Of a stretch of 47,044 bases of DNA, positions 16,601 to 23,788 are shown piece by piece (within the stretch, counting starts at the first letter, position 1; the number at the start of each line of letters is the position of its first letter). The position numbers and the translations under genes were made by a program. Where the stretch lies: the NCBI GenBank assembly GCA_964574865.1, contig CAZNOT010000002.1:1-47044 (forward strand), read 5' to 3'. The notes beneath the pieces are model-generated. The model was not told where the DNA came from. It worked only from the letters and a program-made list of their open reading frames with translations, and searched no databases. The DNA comes from an uncultured Candidatus Saccharibacteria bacterium (GTDB lineage Bacteria > Patescibacteriota > Minisyncoccia > Phycocordibacterales > JAACPR01).

Positions 16601-16765
16601 GGAGGCGAAAATTCTGATGAACCTACCGGCGATACCTCCGACGTTTCGGCGCCGAGCGAAAGCTCTTCCGAAAATTCGGGCGCCCATTCCTCGGGCGAAT
16701 CGTCAGAAAGTCTGTCCGAATCTTCCGGCGGAGGCGACTCATCGGACGTCGCGTCGGGCGAGTAG
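13634..16765 (+). CDS. giant secreted tail-fibre-like protein with C-terminal Peptidase_S74-type intramolecular chaperone domain and acidic Ser-rich tail
   Basis: The ORF opens at TTG 13616; ATG 13634 lies 8 nt after TAAGAT. N-terminal signal/anchor RRIILALTLAAIGLIGLLP. Repeated NVGIG..P...L.V fibre motifs. SSERFKHDIEVL...LRPVSFAYN...GFIAEDI...VLYQDF fits the endosialidase-chaperone (S74) pattern. Confidence 0.8.
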   Translation: MSQASKRRIILALTLAAIGLIGLLPVDVEARRGFPHFVQSEISVGENLARIGGAIFGSPERGVASAGSVTSPECGWWDWLVSGCSSDPVELVPSAAVSETGAPAVSRAVGGAAPSAARPGDYYVTENVIERVVVRDETESSGARALLERLGVLEAQVARFDGRIDAINGYSPRSTRRSRAAEREDTSASIAAAVSGGSSDASFGTLSVSGAATSTFGNGLDIADGCFAIDGVCLDLGDAADGTFSTTSAAYWESTQARWATTSSDYWESTQARWATTSSAYWLTTKTTADLAESGSLYYTDARVAAYVSASSTIPHIGGSAYGDVLYWTGTAWSQMATSTLGIDGSKWDDATGGINYSGGNVAIGNSAPSELLTLGSATETSGNRKALRFNAGGYAAPGVFNTNSNGDKIIFYQGSDFDGRFGASSGGEIWLKALSTNTSNTGFGSLSFYTGQGVTPSPNLRMHLGATGGVALGGTITSATNYTGATLVLSTGGNVGIGASSPVTGLEVANNGVNISGNFNYNMYVHNAGGNKGFAFGYDTSSQTGIIAPSGGTADLAFWTPNSSVWSEKIRFTAAGNVGIGSTTPTNKLVVQATNGDVSIGTFQSSYPGIAINNTNAGSSYGGFMRWQKNGTNQWGYGMDYVGNGGQDFWLYNYASSKDALYFSSANGYTTVAGHSNAASPLAVNGGAAIGAGYVTTAAPSNGLLVQGSVGVGTSTPWKAFSVTGAVAFDGLSSMGASDQYVCINPTTKEVTFGAVCTASSERFKHDIEVLGDSDGLALVRQLRPVSFAYNETGQTRLGFIAEDIDRIDPRLVFYESDGTTPKGVLYQDFTPILAKSVQELDVRIEGLAEMEPWSGDAEPDSFAARVVARIAAWLGDAGNGLAAVFAGKVQTNELCLAGANGSTTCITRDQLEELLGTDVPLPVPGNGPDDGPAPSAAELHGAVGETAADFEAGGAGAPTADGSDGVPVDVAAVGESADGAPDSPTAEGGENSDEPTGDTSDVSAPSESSSENSGAHSSGESSESLSESSGGGDSSDVASGE
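14384..14479 (+). repeat. 45-bp in-frame tandem duplication (2 copies plus the start of a third)
   Basis: TACTGGGAGTCGACCCAGGCGCGCTGGGCCACGACGTCATC(C/T)G.. repeats at 14384 and 14429, and TACTGG recurs at 14474. It encodes YWESTQARWATTSS(D/A). Confidence 0.9.
14725..15660 (+). other. low-GC cassette inside the giant gene (compositional island, in frame)
   Basis: Hand counts of G+C per 60 nt: 21 at 14821-14880 and 27 at 15121-15180. Flanking lines give 39 (14281-14340) and 40 (16021-16080). Boundaries are approximate. Confidence 0.8.
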
Positions 16766-16803
16766 GTAAACTTTATCCACAGGCAACGAGCAACGATTCG
16801 AGT

Positions 16804-16809
16804 TACAAT
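16804..16809 (+). promoter_or_regulatory. -10 box TACAAT, 12 nt before ATG 16822
   Basis: Head of the four-gene surface module. Confidence 0.55.
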
Positions 16810-16821
16810 TCGGACGCACAC

Positions 16822-17460
16822 ATGAGAAACAAACAGTACGTTCTGCCGCTCGCGCTCTCGGCGCTCGTCCTGCTATCGCCTGTCGCGTACCCGCTCGTGG
16901 AGGCGGCGCAGGCGCAGGCGGTGACCGACGAGGTCATCGTAACCCTCAATGTCGACGCGGGAATTTCCATCACCAGCCCGGCTGACGCTTCGATGAGCCA
17001 GAACCTTGGCGTCTCGGCCAACACAGCGGTTGCGTCGACCGTTTGGAACGTTAAGACGAACAACGCGGCCGGCTACACCATCGCCGTCAAGGCAACCACC
17101 TCTCCCGCGCTCCGCAATGCTACGAACAACATTGCCGACTACACGCCGGCCGTCGCTGCCACGCCTGAGACGTGGGACGTTTCCAACACCGCCGAGTTCG
17201 GATTCTCGGCTTTCGGGACCGACATCTCTACCGGCACCTGGGGCACCGACTCCGACTGCATCGCCGGCGCAAACGTGCCGAGCGCCGGTCTCAAGTATCG
17301 CGATTTTGACACCAGCGACATTCAGATTGGTTCGCGTTCCGCCACTACCACCACTACCGGAATCGATACAACCGTCTGCTACGCGGTCGAGCAGGACGGC
17401 TTCTACGTCCCCTCTGGCACCTACGTCGCCACGGTTGTCGCCACGGCCGCGACGCAGTAG
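16822..17460 (+). CDS. secreted beta-rich surface subunit A (WxL/spore-coat-U-like pattern, paralog of 18438..19166)
   Basis: 212 aa. Signal peptide ...LVEAAQAQA|V. Motif block STVWNVKTNNAAGYTIAVKATTSPAL, a Cys pair, and the terminal strand SGTYVATVVATAATQ. Confidence 0.6.
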   Translation: MRNKQYVLPLALSALVLLSPVAYPLVEAAQAQAVTDEVIVTLNVDAGISITSPADASMSQNLGVSANTAVASTVWNVKTNNAAGYTIAVKATTSPALRNATNNIADYTPAVAATPETWDVSNTAEFGFSAFGTDISTGTWGTDSDCIAGANVPSAGLKYRDFDTSDIQIGSRSATTTTTGIDTTVCYAVEQDGFYVPSGTYVATVVATAATQ

Positions 17461-17463
17461 TAT
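17458..17463 (+). promoter_or_regulatory. -10-like TAGTAT, 6 nt before ATG 17470
   Basis: Overlaps the upstream TAG stop. It could equally be coincidental. Confidence 0.3.
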
Positions 17464-17469
17464 CCGGCA

Positions 17470-18438
17470 ATGCCTAGGGTTCGAACGGGGAAGCTCCGGC
17501 GAGTAATCGCGGCAGCAACGTTCCTTTTCGCTGCCTTTTCCCCGAGCCTCGCGTCCGCGTTCTCCGTCTCCCAGGTCACCGTCGAGCCCGTCGGCGATTT
17601 TGTTGTCGAGCCCGCGAAAATCGAGCTCACGCTCGAGCCGGGCGAGACGGTCACCAAGACGGTCACGGTGACCAGTCGCATCTCGGGCGAGACCGATTTC
17701 TCCATCTCTCTCGAAGACTTCCTCGGCACGGATAACGGCAGCTACGCGGTCCGGCTGCTCGGCGACCAGGTGAGCCCCTACTCATTCCGGTCGGCCATCC
17801 GCCCCGACGCGAGCAGCTTCTCGCTCGGCTTCGGCGAGCGCGCGGTCGTCTCGATCGAGATCGCCGCGCCGGCTGCCGCCGCGCCCGGCGGCTACTACAC
17901 GTCGGTGGTCGTCGCCGGCGACCCGCGCGGCGACACGCTCGACGGCGGCGGCGCGAAGGTGGTGTCGCGCGTCGCGCAGCTCCTCTTCGTGCGGGTCGAC
18001 GGCGAGGTCGAGGAGAGCGGCGCGCTGCTCGACTTCCGCCTCTCGCCGCCCGGCTTCTTCCGGAGCGGCGGCCCGTTCCAGTTCGAGGCGCTCTTCCAGA
18101 ACACCGGCAACGTGCACCTCGCGCCCTACGGCAGCGTGACCGTTCGCAATCTGATCGGCTCGACCGTGGCCGAGATTCCCGTCGACGCGTACTACGCGAT
18201 GCCTAAATCGATGCGCTACCGCACCGTCGAGTGGCCGGGCAAGCCGATGATGCTCGGCTACTACACCGCCGAAATTGAGCTCTACAAGGGTTACGGCGAC
18301 GAGGGCGATACCTCGAAGGCGACGGTGTCCTTCCTGGTAATCCCGTGGCTCTACCTCGGAATCGCCGCCGTGGCGCTGCTCCTCTCGTGGCTCGCCACGC
18401 GCTACGTCCGACGTAACTTCGAGCTGAAGCGACGCTGA
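17470..18438 (+). CDS. membrane-anchored two-beta-sandwich protein, DUF916/DUF3324-like
   Basis: 322 aa with a signal peptide. FSVSQVTVEPVGDFVVEPAKIELTLEPGETVTKTVTV fits the DUF916-like pattern. The second domain FQNTGNVHLAPYGSVTVRN...YYTAEIELYKG fits the DUF3324-like pattern. C-terminal TM helix plus an RRNFELKRR tail. Confidence 0.6.
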   Translation: MPRVRTGKLRRVIAAATFLFAAFSPSLASAFSVSQVTVEPVGDFVVEPAKIELTLEPGETVTKTVTVTSRISGETDFSISLEDFLGTDNGSYAVRLLGDQVSPYSFRSAIRPDASSFSLGFGERAVVSIEIAAPAAAAPGGYYTSVVVAGDPRGDTLDGGGAKVVSRVAQLLFVRVDGEVEESGALLDFRLSPPGFFRSGGPFQFEALFQNTGNVHLAPYGSVTVRNLIGSTVAEIPVDAYYAMPKSMRYRTVEWPGKPMMLGYYTAEIELYKGYGDEGDTSKATVSFLVIPWLYLGIAAVALLLSWLATRYVRRNFELKRR

Positions 18439-19166
18439 TGCGGGCACGGTTCGCGGCAATCGTCTCCCTCGCGCTCGCCCTCCCCGTGGGGGCGCTCGCC
18501 GCCGCGCGAACCGGTACGGCCTACCAGATTCTCTACGACAGCGTGAACTCGGGAGGCCTCCTCTCGACCAGTACCTCGTACGGGCTCGAGGACACGATCG
18601 GCGAGGCGGCGGTCGGCACCTCGAGCTCCGCGACGTACCAGGTCTCGGCCGGCTACCAGCGGGAGCTCACCGGCGGCTCGCTCTCCATTTCCGCGCCGGG
18701 TAACGGGGCCATCCCGAACATCTCGGGGCTCACGGGCGGCACGGAGGCGACGACCGTCTCCTGGACGGTGACGTCGAGCGGTGGCTACCAGCTCGCGGCT
18801 AAGGCGTCCGCGTCGCCCGCGCTCACGGGTCCCGGCGGCGCGTTCTTCTCGGACTACCAGACCGGCACGCCCGATTTCGTTTTCACGTACGGGACGTCGG
18901 ACGCGCTCTTCGGGTACTCGCCGGAGGGCAGCCACGTGGTGCAGCGGTTCAAGGACAACGGCTCGGCGTGCAACGTGAACAGCGGCGAGACGTCGGACCG
19001 CTGCTACGTTGGCTTCACCACGTCTGACGTGGCGGTGGCGTCGAGCGGCTCGGGTACGGGTGGCACGGCGACGACGCTGCGGCTGCGCGCGGGCATCGGT
19101 TCAGCTAGAATCCAGGACAGTGGCAGCTACCAGGCGACAATCACGGTCACGGCTGTTCCGCTCTAG
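18438..19166 (+). CDS. secreted beta-rich surface subunit C (paralog of 16822..17460 with an extra N-terminal SxY..G repeat region)
   Basis: 242 aa; its start overlaps the previous stop (TGATG). Signal peptide present. TVSWTVTSSGGYQLAAKASASPAL, the Cys pair SACNV..DRCYVG, and the terminal strand SGSYQATITVTAVPL. Confidence 0.6.
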   Translation: MRARFAAIVSLALALPVGALAAARTGTAYQILYDSVNSGGLLSTSTSYGLEDTIGEAAVGTSSSATYQVSAGYQRELTGGSLSISAPGNGAIPNISGLTGGTEATTVSWTVTSSGGYQLAAKASASPALTGPGGAFFSDYQTGTPDFVFTYGTSDALFGYSPEGSHVVQRFKDNGSACNVNSGETSDRCYVGFTTSDVAVASSGSGTGGTATTLRLRAGIGSARIQDSGSYQATITVTAVPL

Positions 19167-19887
19167 CGCGGCGGCCGTCATCCTTGCGCTCGCGCCGCTC
19201 GTCGTCGGCGCCGCGGGAGACGGCGTGAACGTCAGCGTCTCGGCCGAATTCTGCAACCTCGACCTGGTGTGCGATTCGATCGAGAACCACATCGTGTGCC
19301 CGAGCGATTGCGAGGCGCCGCCCGAGCCGGTGGCCGAACCCGAGCGCGACGAGGAGGGCAGGCGACGTTCCTCGAGCGGCCGGAGCGGCGGCGGGGGCGG
19401 TGGGGGAGACGTCGTGGCGCCTGACGTCGTCTTCGCTCCCGAGCAGGGGAGCGCCTCGAGCGTCTGGTCTAGCCCGGAAGACGCGGCGTTCTCTGGGCGC
19501 TTTTCCGTCTCGATCAACGGTCGCGGCGCGGTCGAGTTCTCGTGGCCGCAGCTCGGCGGCAGCGTGCGGGTGCTGCGCGCCGAGGGCGAGTCATTTCCAA
19601 CCTCGCCCTACGACGGCGGGCTGGTGGTCTACGAGGGCGACGCCAAAGGTTTCGAGGATCGAACGGTAGAGCCGAACCAAACGTACCGCTACGCGGTTTT
19701 CTACGATTCCGGCGGCGGCACCTACGGCGTTCGCAACCTCGTCGTCGCCGAGACCGGCTCGGCGTTCTCGGTCATCTCTCTCTTCGACCGCGCGGCCGAG
19801 CTGCCGCCGGAAGCGTACGCCGGCGCGCTCGCGCTCGCGGGGTTCGGGTTCGTTCCGCTCGTGCGCATCGCGCTCGCGCGGCTCTAG
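19120..19887 (+). CDS. Cys-knot / Gly-run / FN3-like protein with C-terminal hydrophobic anchor
   Basis: The ORF opens at 19009 and overlaps the upstream gene. GTG 19120 gives a plausible signal peptide (RRQSRSRLFRSSAAAVILALAPLVVGAAG). FSWPQLGGSVRVLRAEG...YRYAVF is FN3-like. The start is uncertain. Confidence 0.5.
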   Translation: MAATRRQSRSRLFRSSAAAVILALAPLVVGAAGDGVNVSVSAEFCNLDLVCDSIENHIVCPSDCEAPPEPVAEPERDEEGRRRSSSGRSGGGGGGGDVVAPDVVFAPEQGSASSVWSSPEDAAFSGRFSVSINGRGAVEFSWPQLGGSVRVLRAEGESFPTSPYDGGLVVYEGDAKGFEDRTVEPNQTYRYAVFYDSGGGTYGVRNLVVAETGSAFSVISLFDRAAELPPEAYAGALALAGFGFVPLVRIALARL

Positions 19888-19925
19888 GGAGGAAGAAAAA
19901 CTAATTGGGGAAAAGAAAACAGGTG

Positions 19926-19949
19926 GCCACGGTACAATTGTACCGTGGC
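19926..19949. promoter_or_regulatory. 24-bp perfect palindrome (candidate operator) spanning the -10 box and start codon of the 1261-aa gene
   Basis: GCCACGGTACAA|TTGTACCGTGGC, verified base by base. It contains TACAAT (19933..19938) and GTG 19945. Confidence 0.6.
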
Positions 19950-22900
19950 GTATTTTGGGTTTTTTCTGAGAAGGCGCGCGCGCGTTCTCGTCGCGGCGTG
20001 CCTCGCCGCGCTCTCTTTTGTCTCGCCCGCTCGCGCGGCGTTCTCTCAGGCGATTAGCTACCAAGGCAAGCTCGCCGACTCGAGCGGCATCGCGGTCGCC
20101 GACGGCGACTACAACATGGAGTTCAAGCTCTACGACGCGGTTTCGAACGGCAACCTCCTGTGGACCGAGACGCGGAGCGGCGCGAACAAGGTGACCGTGA
20201 CCGACGGTCTTTTCAGCGTGCAACTCGGCTCGATCGCCGCGCTCTCGAGCGTCAATTTCAATCAGCCGTTGTGGCTCTCGGTGAACATTGGCGGCACCGG
20301 CACCCCGAGCTGGGACGGCGAGATGACGCCGAGGAAGCCTATGGGTTCGGTGCCCGCCGCGTTCGTGGCCGGCGTGGCCTACGGCCTCGACGCGACCTAC
20401 GCCACGTCGACCTACGCCACATCGACGCGCATCTACGCGGGAGCCTCGCTCAACGTCGCCACCACATCGTCCGCCGCCGCGCTCGCCGTGCAGGGGAGCG
20501 CGCTCCTCTCGGGCAACCTCGGTCTCGCGAACCTGACCGCGACCGGCACGGCGACCGTCGGCGCGCTCTCGGTCGGCGCGCTCTCGGGGCCGCTGCAGGC
20601 GATTGCCGGCGTCGTATCGGCTACGTCCACGATGTCCGTCGGCTACGGCGGCACCGGCCTCTCGACGGCACCGACCTACGGGCAGGTGCTCGTGGGTAAC
20701 GCCTCGGGAGGCTACACGCTCACCGCGACCTCCTCCCTCGGCATCGGCGGCGGGAGCGTGACGGCAGACTCGCTCAACTTCACGGACATGAGCGACACGA
20801 TGGCGCTCGACGCCGGCACGTCGATCGGCTTCGGCGCGAGCAGCTACGGTCTCACGTTCACGAACGACGGCAGCGGCAACGAGACGCACAACTTGTCTTC
20901 GACGGGCGACTTCGTGATCCAGGACAACGGCTCGACGGTGTTCTCGGTGGACGATACGGGGAAGATTACCGCGGACAACCACCTGTTCATTGGAGCGCAG
21001 GCCGACTCCGCGTCGACCGGCGATGCCGCGTACACGATCTTGAACTCGGCTGCGGGCACCTTCGGCGCGCAGACCGCGCGCGACAAAATCTCGTCGATCG
21101 CCGTGTACGAGGGCAAGCTCTTCGTCGCCGTCGCCGAGACGGACGCAGCTGGCATCTACCGCTGGGATGGGGGCACGACCTGGACTTTGGTGACCTCGAG
21201 CACGCTGGGGCGCGTCATCTCGGGCGACGCGACGGACGCTGACGCGTTCGTGATGACCGTTTTCAACGGCGAGCTGTGGGTCGGCAGCCAGAACGGCGCC
21301 GCGACGGCTGGCGTGTACAAGAGTTCGACCGTCGATACGGCGTCCGCGGGCGACAACTTCACGTTGGTCAACTCTGCGCGCGGCACGATCAACGCCGCTG
21401 CGCAGACCGGCATTTCGGACATGGTTGTCTACAACGGCCAGCTCATCGTCGCGACGCAGAAGGCGAACGCGGCCGAAATTGCCCGCTACGAGGGCGGCAC
21501 GACGTTCACCCGCATCAACGCGACCGTCGGTAAATCAGCGGCCGAGACCACCGCCGACAAGGACGCGTTCGTCCTAGCCATCTGCAACAACGTCCTGTGG
21601 TCGGGGTCGATTTCCGGGGCGGCGACCGCGATCGTGGCGAGCTACCAAGGTAACGGGACCACCTGGATCAACACCACGGTCACGGCGACGGGCGGCAGTT
21701 TTGGCGCGGAGACGTCCATATCTGACATCGACAGCCTAGCCTGCTACAACGGCTCGCTGTACATGACGGCCTCGAAGACAGCCGGCAACGCCGCGGCCGT
21801 CTACTACTACAAGGCGTCAGCGGCGCCGGTCGCGAACGTCGCGGCCAACTGGGTGCGCGTGAACCCGGCGGTCGGCAAAATGCTGGCGGCCGACTCGGCG
21901 GTCATCGACAAGTTCATCCTGAAGACGTACCGCGGTCGCCTCTACGCTGGCTCGCAGACTGCGACCGGCGACGGTGCGGGCGCGCTCTTCGAATACTCGG
22001 GCGTGCCGCTCGCGGACTGGCCGCTCATGACGACCGGCGCGCGCGGCACGTTCGGGTCCCAGACTGCCGTCGACAGTATTTCTGCCCTCCAGGACTTCAA
22101 CGGCACTCTCTACGTCGGTACCGACGATCTCACCGCGGGCGTCGGCTCGGTCTACACGTGGGGCAAACTCTTCCAAAACTCGTTCGGGCTGAAGTTCGAG
22201 GCGACCGACGGCGCGTACGGCACGATGAGCTTCGTGGGGAACGTGCAGACTGGCGATTCTGGCCGTGGCGGCAGCTTCCTCTTGAGTAACTCAATCATGA
22301 TGACCTCTGGCGCTTACGACGTCGCCGAGGACTACCCGACGCGCGACGAGGCGCTCGCGCCGATGGACCTCGTGAGCCTCGACGCCCTCGAGCAGGGCAT
22401 GGTCCGCCGCTCTTCTGGGCGAGGGGACAAGGGCGTCATTGGCATCTACTCCGAGGCCCCAGCCCTACGGCTGGCGCAGCCCGGGGAGGCAATCGATGGC
22501 ACTCGGGCGATTCCGGTCGCTCTCGCCGGCCGCGTGCCGGTGCGCGTCACGCTCGACGGCGGGCCGATCGCGATCGGCGACTACCTCACCGCGTCGCCTG
22601 AACCTGGCGCGGCGATGCGCGCGTCGCGGCCAGGGCGCGTCGTCGGCCGCGCGATTTCCGGCTACAGTGGCGCCGAGGGTGAAGAGGCGAAGGTGACCGT
22701 CTTCGTCGGCACCGAGACAATCGGCTGGGACGAGATTGCTATCGCCGAGGTGCAGTCGGCCGAGGCCGCGGCCGTCGATTCCGTCTCGCGGTTCTTCGCC
22801 GACGTATCGACCGCGACCGAAGACCTCGCGCTCGCCTCGATCGCCGGGGCGGACGACCTGAGTCAAGTCATCGCCGAGAAGCTCGTCGCCGTGACCGCGA

Positions 22901-23730
22901 GCGTAAAAAAGATGTTCGTGGAGGCGCTGACCGTGCTGCCTGGCGGTAGCCTCGCGGTGCCGAGTGGCGAGAATCAGATTTCTGGCAGCGCCGTGCTGCC
23001 CGCGGGTGCGATCGGGCTCGACGTGGGCAACGAGGCCGTGCGCCTCACCTCGAAGGTTTTTGTGACGCCGATTTCCTCGCTCTCCGCGCCGCTCGTGGTG
23101 ACGCAGAAGACCGATGGTATCGGCTTCCGCGTAGAAATTGCGACGCCGCAGCCGGCGGATGTTTCGTTCGATTGGCTCATCGTGCAGACGTACCGTCCGG
23201 CGGGCGGAGCCGAAACCGTCGCCGCGCCGATCTTCGCGAGCACGTCGATCGCGTCGGAAGAGGGCGTCACCGTGCTCGACGCCGGCGAGGACGTGGTCGT
23301 CGCGCCCGCGGATGAGCCTGCTGGCGAGCCCGCCAATGACGCGCCGGCCACGGGCGGCGCGGCCGAAGATTCTGCCGGAGGGAGTACGGGCGACTCCGGA
23401 TCGGGCGCGACAGAACCTGAGCCTGAATCTGATTCCGCCGGCTCTGGCGAGGAAGCTGGTTCCGGAGATTCTGCCGGTGACAGCTCCGGCGGAGAGGCCG
23501 ACGCCGGATCGGCTGCCGCGTCGGACGACGGATCTTCGTCCGGTGACGGTGGCGGCGACGATGGCTCTTCTTCGGGCGATTCGGGCGGGAGTGATTCCGG
23601 CGGTAGCTCGGCGGGAGATTCCGGCGGCGGGGGAGATTCTTCCTCCGGCGATTCGGGCGGCGGATCATCGGGCGACTCCGGCGGCGGCGACTCCGGCGGC
23701 GGCGATTCCGGATCGTCGTCCGGTGAGTAG
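19945..23730 (+). CDS. giant secreted protein: N-terminal fibre module, 7-bladed beta-propeller-like repeats, C-terminal beta domains, Asp/Ser/Gly tail
   Basis: 1261 aa with a GTG start. Signal peptide ...SPARA|AF. Seven spaced motifs: YEGKLFVAV, FNGELWVGS, YNGQLIVAT, CNNVLWSGS, YNGSLYMTA, YRGRLYAGS, FNGTLYVGT. The tail is (SGDSGGG)n. Confidence 0.75.
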   Translation: MAYFGFFLRRRARVLVAACLAALSFVSPARAAFSQAISYQGKLADSSGIAVADGDYNMEFKLYDAVSNGNLLWTETRSGANKVTVTDGLFSVQLGSIAALSSVNFNQPLWLSVNIGGTGTPSWDGEMTPRKPMGSVPAAFVAGVAYGLDATYATSTYATSTRIYAGASLNVATTSSAAALAVQGSALLSGNLGLANLTATGTATVGALSVGALSGPLQAIAGVVSATSTMSVGYGGTGLSTAPTYGQVLVGNASGGYTLTATSSLGIGGGSVTADSLNFTDMSDTMALDAGTSIGFGASSYGLTFTNDGSGNETHNLSSTGDFVIQDNGSTVFSVDDTGKITADNHLFIGAQADSASTGDAAYTILNSAAGTFGAQTARDKISSIAVYEGKLFVAVAETDAAGIYRWDGGTTWTLVTSSTLGRVISGDATDADAFVMTVFNGELWVGSQNGAATAGVYKSSTVDTASAGDNFTLVNSARGTINAAAQTGISDMVVYNGQLIVATQKANAAEIARYEGGTTFTRINATVGKSAAETTADKDAFVLAICNNVLWSGSISGAATAIVASYQGNGTTWINTTVTATGGSFGAETSISDIDSLACYNGSLYMTASKTAGNAAAVYYYKASAAPVANVAANWVRVNPAVGKMLAADSAVIDKFILKTYRGRLYAGSQTATGDGAGALFEYSGVPLADWPLMTTGARGTFGSQTAVDSISALQDFNGTLYVGTDDLTAGVGSVYTWGKLFQNSFGLKFEATDGAYGTMSFVGNVQTGDSGRGGSFLLSNSIMMTSGAYDVAEDYPTRDEALAPMDLVSLDALEQGMVRRSSGRGDKGVIGIYSEAPALRLAQPGEAIDGTRAIPVALAGRVPVRVTLDGGPIAIGDYLTASPEPGAAMRASRPGRVVGRAISGYSGAEGEEAKVTVFVGTETIGWDEIAIAEVQSAEAAAVDSVSRFFADVSTATEDLALASIAGADDLSQVIAEKLVAVTASVKKMFVEALTVLPGGSLAVPSGENQISGSAVLPAGAIGLDVGNEAVRLTSKVFVTPISSLSAPLVVTQKTDGIGFRVEIATPQPADVSFDWLIVQTYRPAGGAETVAAPIFASTSIASEEGVTVLDAGEDVVVAPADEPAGEPANDAPATGGAAEDSAGGSTGDSGSGATEPEPESDSAGSGEEAGSGDSAGDSSGGEADAGSAAASDDGSSSGDGGGDDGSSSGDSGGSDSGGSSAGDSGGGGDSSSGDSGGGSSGDSGGGDSGGGDSGSSSGE
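23560..23727 (+). repeat. coding low-complexity repeat (GGC GGC GA(C/T) TCC GG-type units)
   Basis: Imperfect reiteration encoding SGDSGGSDSGGSSAGDSGGGGDSSSGDSGGGSSGDSGGGDSGGGDSGSSSGE. Confidence 0.8.
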
Positions 23731-23773
23731 CGCACGTGGGGAGAGCGGCCGCGCGATTCGCGTGGCCGCGTAC

Positions 23774-23779
23774 TAGAAT
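23774..23779 (+). promoter_or_regulatory. -10 box TAGAAT, 9 nt before ATG 23789
   Basis: GTACTAGAAT context. Confidence 0.5.
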
Positions 23780-23788
23780 GTCGCCGAC

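Noticed and set aside
13634-23730. Prophage or phage-tail-like particle, suggested by the S74 chaperone domain and tail-fibre-like repeats.
   Set aside because: No capsid, portal, terminase, tail tube or sheath, baseplate, lysis or integrase genes occur anywhere in the window. The fibre-like genes carry Sec-type signal peptides, which fits cellular surface proteins.
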